This document shows, piece by piece, positions 37,175 to 41,439 of a stretch of 41,439 bases of DNA (position 1 is its first letter; each line of letters begins with the position of its first letter). The DNA lies in contig JAEOTQ010000004.1 of the NCBI GenBank assembly GCA_016839785.1, positions 1 to 41,439 on the forward strand. Reading direction: 5' to 3'. Origin of the DNA: Candidatus Hodarchaeota archaeon. GTDB taxonomy: Archaea > Asgardarchaeota > Heimdallarchaeia > Hodarchaeales > Hodarchaeaceae. Below the pieces are notes generated by a model that saw nothing but the letters and a program-made list of their open reading frames with translations, made no database searches and was not told the origin of the DNA. Made by a program: the position numbers and the translations under genes.

Positions 37175-37867
37175 TTAGAACAGTAATTGATCTTCCAACA
37201 TATGGAGGAGACGAGATGCGATTGTCCAAGCTGGTTTAGTTTCATTGTAAATCGAAATCTGTTGGAAATTTTGATTAACTGTAAGATTTGTATTCGATAG
37301 GAAGGAAGCCTCACCAGATTGAAAACCTCCAATTAAAAATATCACGTCATCATCTAATAAATACTCTAAACTCGTAATTATCTCAGAATTCTCATTTGGT
37401 GATTCTAAAAGGTAAATTTTGCTTTCACTAAATTCTTGCAATAATTCCCCTAATGTGCATCGAGTAACTGACAAAATGGGTTCTCCTTCAACGGGGATGC
37501 GTTTTCTATAAAGTAACTGAGAAAATAATCCTACAAAACGGTTATAGTTAACTGGAATTCTCCAATGAGAAGGTAGATGAATACAATGCTCAGTATAAGT
37601 ATGAATAATTATTTTGAGTGCATGATTAACAACAAGAGGAGAATAAAGTAAATTTAACAGTGAATAAAACACAATGTCAGGTCTACCACGTTTTTCCTTT
37701 TCAGGTAAATTTGTCATAAAAGAACCGTGGATTGCTGTATCTAGAAGAATTCCCCGATTTCTTTTCCGGGTAGTCGTTTTCCACTCTTTCCGTATTAATG
37801 AATGAGTTCTAAGTGATTCGGGAATTAATTCGAGTGCCGACTCGAAAAATATTACTGTTACAACCAT
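37175..37867 (-). CDS. nep1: Nep1/Emg1 small-subunit rRNA pseudouridine N1-methyltransferase
   Basis: ESALELIP, LLD..H, KRGRPDIV, RIPVNYNRFVGL, IGGF..G. Confidence 0.92.
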   Translation of the reverse strand: MVVTVIFFESALELIPESLRTHSLIRKEWKTTTRKRNRGILLDTAIHGSFMTNLPEKEKRGRPDIVFYSLLNLLYSPLVVNHALKIIIHTYTEHCIHLPSHWRIPVNYNRFVGLFSQLLYRKRIPVEGEPILSVTRCTLGELLQEFSESKIYLLESPNENSEIITSLEYLLDDDVIFLIGGFQSGEASFLSNTNLTVNQNFQQISIYNETKPAWTIASRLLHMLEDQLLF

Positions 37868-38164
37868 ATTTTGTCAAATAATCTTTTTTATGAGCAAATA
37901 TTTGTTTTTAACTTCCGATTATTTTTGATGACTTCGGTATCGTCAAATAAAAGACTACCCGACAATATTCAAATTTTTAAAAGATCGGACATTCTAATTC
38001 TTTTGGTTTACTTTGTATCGATCAAATACAATAAGAAATTGAGTCTTAATGAATTAACTCCCCAAATCAGAGTATAGGTGATTGAGATCGAGATGATTCT
38101 TGGATTGTACAGTCCTTAAAGCAATTATAATCAAGATTCCTAAATTGAATTAGGTGAAAAATTC

Positions 38165-38347
38165 ATGCTACGCAATCTGAAATTACCCAAAAAGTTACGG
38201 ACAATTCACTATCAAGGTCAAAAAGTAGAAATTTGGATGAATAGTCGAAAAGTTGAAGCAATTGACGAGTTTTCCTTGAGAGAAAAAATCTTCTTACAAC
38301 AATTTATTTCAAATCTAGAAGAAATGGGATGGACAGTTTTAATTTAA
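38165..38347 (+). CDS. Small hypothetical protein
   Basis: 60-aa ORF with a strong AGGTGA upstream, in an otherwise empty interval. Confidence 0.6.
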   Translation: MLRNLKLPKKLRTIHYQGQKVEIWMNSRKVEAIDEFSLREKIFLQQFISNLEEMGWTVLI

Positions 38348-38375
38348 TACAATCCTTATCTTAAATGAATGTCCC

Positions 38376-39605
38376 TTATTTTGCATACATATCAAGGACT
38401 GTATGGAGAGGTAAGAATTCCTCTTCATCTGGTGTATGAGCTTTCAGTGTAGAAGCCAGATGTTTTACTAATTCCTTATCTTCTATTTTTGAGAATAGCT
38501 TATCATAGGTGGGAGCTTGAACTTGTGCCAAAATATCACCAATTTCAGCATAATGATCTTCTGAAATATTCTCGTTATTCAGTAATTCAATTAGAATAGG
38601 GAAGGTGATTAATTTTTTAGACATCAAGACATCTTTAATTGTAGATTTCTCGTCTTCTTGAGCATTTTCAATAAATTTAATCAGACTCTCGTATGCCCCT
38701 TTGGTCCCAATTTCGTGCAAAGCATAAATCGTTTGCAGTAGAGTATAATCCTCTGAAGATGGTCTATTCAAAAGCTCTTCCAGAGCTGGAATTGCATCGG
38801 AAGATCCAATTTTCCCTAAAATTTCTGCTAACGCTCCGCACTTCATGTCTTCCTCGCAATTTTCAAGAGCTTCAGTCACATGGGGAATTGCAAGCTCTCC
38901 AAATCTAGCAATTACTGCACGTACGGTTGTTTCTTCACGTGCTGCTGCCCGACCAATAAGGGAGAGCGTTGGTTCAATCCCACTTTCTTCTTTCATTTCA
39001 GCAAGAGCATAACCAGCTGCCAATCGAACTTCCATTTCATACATTTCATTAGTTAAAACTTCATGCATTTTGAAGCTGGCAGGTTGGGAAATCTCTTTCA
39101 TGGTACCGAGAATGAAAGCAAGTTGTTGTTGACGTTTTGGAGGAACGGTATCAAAGACATCGATTATCGATTGTATTCGCTGTGGCCAACAATCTAACCA
39201 CATTTTTTCTTTATGACACCTCTCAAAGGCAGGGATATCAAATTCTGCCACCTGTTCTGCAATACAGAAAAAATTAAGAAATTTTCTTTGTAAAAAGGGG
39301 CATTTTGCCTTGTTGTTCATATAAGGAATGCCTGTACGCCACGAAGCTGTTTGATAAGCCATAACACTTAGAAATTGACTGAATTGTGCAAAAGTATACG
39401 ATAATAGAACCATCATAATTATCATTGAGCCAATAATTCCTAATAGATCAAATGAGAATACAAGAATCGGATAAATCAGAGTAAAGAATAAGTACCATGT
39501 CATTAAGACAAGAACCACCATACTAATTGCTCTTAAAAAATCCGAAACAAAGTCAGGAGCCATCTCAGCAAGTATCAGTGGAGAGTTAGTTCGATCATCA
39601 GACAT
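38376..39605 (-). CDS. Membrane-anchored HEAT-repeat (PBS-lyase-type) protein
   Basis: Likely start ATG 39605 (MSDDRTN). Two TMs, a Cys-rich segment, then VRLAAGYALAEM, AIPHVTEAL, LAEILGKIG..AIPALEELL, ALHEIG repeats. Confidence 0.82.
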   Translation of the reverse strand: MSDDRTNSPLILAEMAPDFVSDFLRAISMVVLVLMTWYLFFTLIYPILVFSFDLLGIIGSMIIMMVLLSYTFAQFSQFLSVMAYQTASWRTGIPYMNNKAKCPFLQRKFLNFFCIAEQVAEFDIPAFERCHKEKMWLDCWPQRIQSIIDVFDTVPPKRQQQLAFILGTMKEISQPASFKMHEVLTNEMYEMEVRLAAGYALAEMKEESGIEPTLSLIGRAAAREETTVRAVIARFGELAIPHVTEALENCEEDMKCGALAEILGKIGSSDAIPALEELLNRPSSEDYTLLQTIYALHEIGTKGAYESLIKFIENAQEDEKSTIKDVLMSKKLITFPILIELLNNENISEDHYAEIGDILAQVQAPTYDKLFSKIEDKELVKHLASTLKAHTPDEEEFLPLHTVLDMYAK

Positions 39606-39746
39606 ACTTTGGATCACCTTAAGGAAATTATAAAATAATAAGCGTTTGCTGAAAAAAAACTGATCCGAGTAATTTATTTGAATACTTGCTTTGTCATAAC
39701 TAGAAATTTGGTCATGTTGATGTGAATTAAATGTCTTCAAATCTAT

Positions 39747-39986
39747 CAGTACTTCGTATCACCTCCTCGAAACCACATCTTGTTCCCTAAACATCGCCCG
39801 ATGCCACGAGGTGAGAAGAAATTCACAAAAATCGTTAGCAGTATAAACAAAATCTACCCGACACCTCCGACTAGTCGATTTTAAGAAATTAAGGGGTGCT
39901 TTGAAATAGGCCCAGAAATTGCACAACCAAAATGCGATGAGAACAATAACATATCGGACTGCTGGGTGTTGGGAACAACTAAACAT
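39747..39986 (-). mobile_element. Truncated ISH3/IS4-like element: terminal IR plus transposase C-terminal fragment
   Basis: CAGTACTTCGTA at 39747-39758 abuts the stop of a fragment SQHPAVRYVIVLIAFWLCNFW, which resembles the C-terminal helix of DDE transposases. An identical 12-mer lies at 41318. Confidence 0.72.
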
Positions 39987-40098
39987 TTAGGGTATATAAA
40001 TAAAAAATAAAGATTTTCATGTATATAACCAACGATAAAATCCATTTTTAGTTTTTTCAAATGTGGTATACAAAGTGAATAATTCATCATCTAAACTC

Positions 40099-41256
40099 AT
40101 GTTAAGGCAAGAACGATTCTATTTAACTACAGTTGACATTTTAAAAGGATTAGCGATTTTCTCCATGATCTTTGGCCATGGAATAGGATGGTGGGATTTA
40201 TCTCTAATGAGAAATTATGAAAACGGGAGTTTAGCTATAGTAGTGATTATGGTATTGGGTTTAATGGTATTTCCCTGTTTTTTATTCTTTAGTGGATTCA
40301 ATCAAGTTAATTCTATTCTTAGAAAGGGGGTCAATCCCTCAACTAGGTTTCAGATCAGATCTCATTCAATAAAACGAGGGTTTTTCTTCTTTTTGCTGGG
40401 AGTAATTTCAATGTTCCTAATGTTTCTTGTAAAATCTCAAGGAGATATGCGAACACTCCTCACTTACCTGCTTACTTGGCATTTACTTCACATATTTGGC
40501 CTTTCTACTCTTTTTATTCTTGCCATACTAGAATTTGCATATTGGATTGATGGAAAAATAGGTTTAAACTGGAAAATCAGGCATTTATTCACGATATTCC
40601 TTCTAATAAACCTCCTGTTTGTGATTTTCTTTTTCTTTTTGTTTCATAATTATACAATCAGTTATTCTCGAGAATTTCCAGTAAATTTAGATATTCAGTC
40701 GATACTCGAAAACATTTTCTTGGATGTATCTTCATGTGGAGTAATTCCTTGGCTTTCATTTAGTTTAGCAGGTGGTTTAACTGCTTCATTTCTTGACTTA
40801 CAAAATTTACAAAAGGAAATTCTTCCTAAAAAGGGTTTCTTCATACTGTTCATTAATTTCTTAATTTTATTAATTGGAATGTTATTTTTACAATTTGAAA
40901 GGTTTATTTCAGCTGGAATAGGATATGCTTCTTCATTCTCACATGTGTTTATTTCAATTGGATTGATTGGGTTTTTTAATCTATTTCTTATTCTGATCTT
41001 CGATGTATATCAATATATCAGTCAGGAAAGGATAAAAAAGTTATTATATCCAATCATTACTCTTAGTAAAATTTCTTTGACCATTTATTTTGTTCATCCA
41101 ATAGTAGGAATCTTTAATCCGAATATTATTACTTCTGAATTGATGTTGTTGATTTTAATAACTATTTATTGTTTATTTTTCATTCTTATTGCAATTTTTT
41201 GGCAAAAATGGAAATTCAGATACAGTCTAGAATGGTTCATGAGAAGACTAACTTAG
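40099..41256 (+). CDS. Multi-pass membrane acyltransferase (HGSNAT/DUF1624-like)
   Basis: N-terminal VDILKGLAIFSMIFGH motif, FLFFSG, KRG, IPWL, SLTIYFVH, C-terminal SLEW. About 10 TMs. Likely ATG at 40099. Confidence 0.78.
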   Translation: MLRQERFYLTTVDILKGLAIFSMIFGHGIGWWDLSLMRNYENGSLAIVVIMVLGLMVFPCFLFFSGFNQVNSILRKGVNPSTRFQIRSHSIKRGFFFFLLGVISMFLMFLVKSQGDMRTLLTYLLTWHLLHIFGLSTLFILAILEFAYWIDGKIGLNWKIRHLFTIFLLINLLFVIFFFFLFHNYTISYSREFPVNLDIQSILENIFLDVSSCGVIPWLSFSLAGGLTASFLDLQNLQKEILPKKGFFILFINFLILLIGMLFLQFERFISAGIGYASSFSHVFISIGLIGFFNLFLILIFDVYQYISQERIKKLLYPIITLSKISLTIYFVHPIVGIFNPNIITSELMLLILITIYCLFFILIAIFWQKWKFRYSLEWFMRRLT

Positions 41257-41317
41257 TAAGTTATTGACTCGACCATAGTTAAAGTACCTTATACGTATAT
41301 TCGGTAATATATCCAAC

Positions 41318-41439
41318 CAGTACTTCGTAACTATGGGAGAAGGTAATAAGCATGAAATCTCGAAGGGGAAAGACTTAAATGTGGAGAAAAGTGATTAGCA
41401 GTTATCATGGACAAAATCAAACTACCTCGCTTTCCACCA
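41318..41439 (+). mobile_element. Left end of an ISH3-like insertion sequence running off the window
   Basis: CAGTACTTCGTA at 41318-41329 is identical to the end at 39747. An ORF starts at ATG 41407 (MDKIKLPRFPP...) and stays open to the window end. Confidence 0.6.

Noticed and set aside
37162-37332. Long N-terminal extensions in the ORF track (yjjX, also 1319-2140, 6869-7768, 9972-11741, 18623-20878, 32549-33313, 38376-39740)
   Set aside because: They overlap neighbouring genes or precede family-typical starts; downstream ATGs were chosen instead.
37871-38077. 68-aa ORF in the nep1 upstream region
   Set aside because: No RBS or motif, and it covers the expected divergent promoter; likely spurious.
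196-38908. Many short ORFs in the track overlapping long genes (e.g. 937-1155, 4626-4817, 16045-16317, 26367-26933, 28884-29207, 31569-31889, 35841-36110)
   Set aside because: They are antisense or alternate-frame shadows of well-supported genes, with no recognisable motifs.
39881-40090. 69-aa ORF as a frameshifted upstream part of the transposase remnant
   Set aside because: No DDE-like sequence; the AT-rich stretch looks like the acyltransferase promoter region.

Overview
AT-rich, gene-dense archaeal chromosomal segment, most consistent with an Asgard archaeon (probably Heimdallarchaeia-like; inference). The basis is a gelsolin-domain protein, two longin/uDENN-like proteins, Nep1, an ADP-forming acyl-CoA synthetase, a GvpD/KaiC-type ATPase and archaeal wHTH regulators. 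Metabolic content: 3' part of a short AlaRS; a glnA-glutaminase-nadE-class II GATase cluster; a methylcrotonyl-CoA carboxylase cluster with split BC and BT-BCCP genes; mtnA; larC-larB-YkgJ; Fpg; YjjX. Other content: an NfeD/YqiJ-like plus SPFH/flotillin pair; a KaiC-like ATPase next to a beta-CASP nuclease with an unknown N-terminal half; a membrane-anchored HEAT protein. Mobile DNA: a decayed IS200/IS605 tnpB 3' end (~22.76-22.99 kb, absent from the ORF track) and two identical ISH3-like ends (CAGTACTTCGTA) flanking a membrane acyltransferase gene. No rRNA, tRNA or CRISPR array was seen. The best novelty candidates are the gelsolin + Lys/Thr linker + Zn-ribbon protein and the KaiC-like ATPase/beta-CASP module. 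All calls come from motif recognition by eye; no database searches were run.
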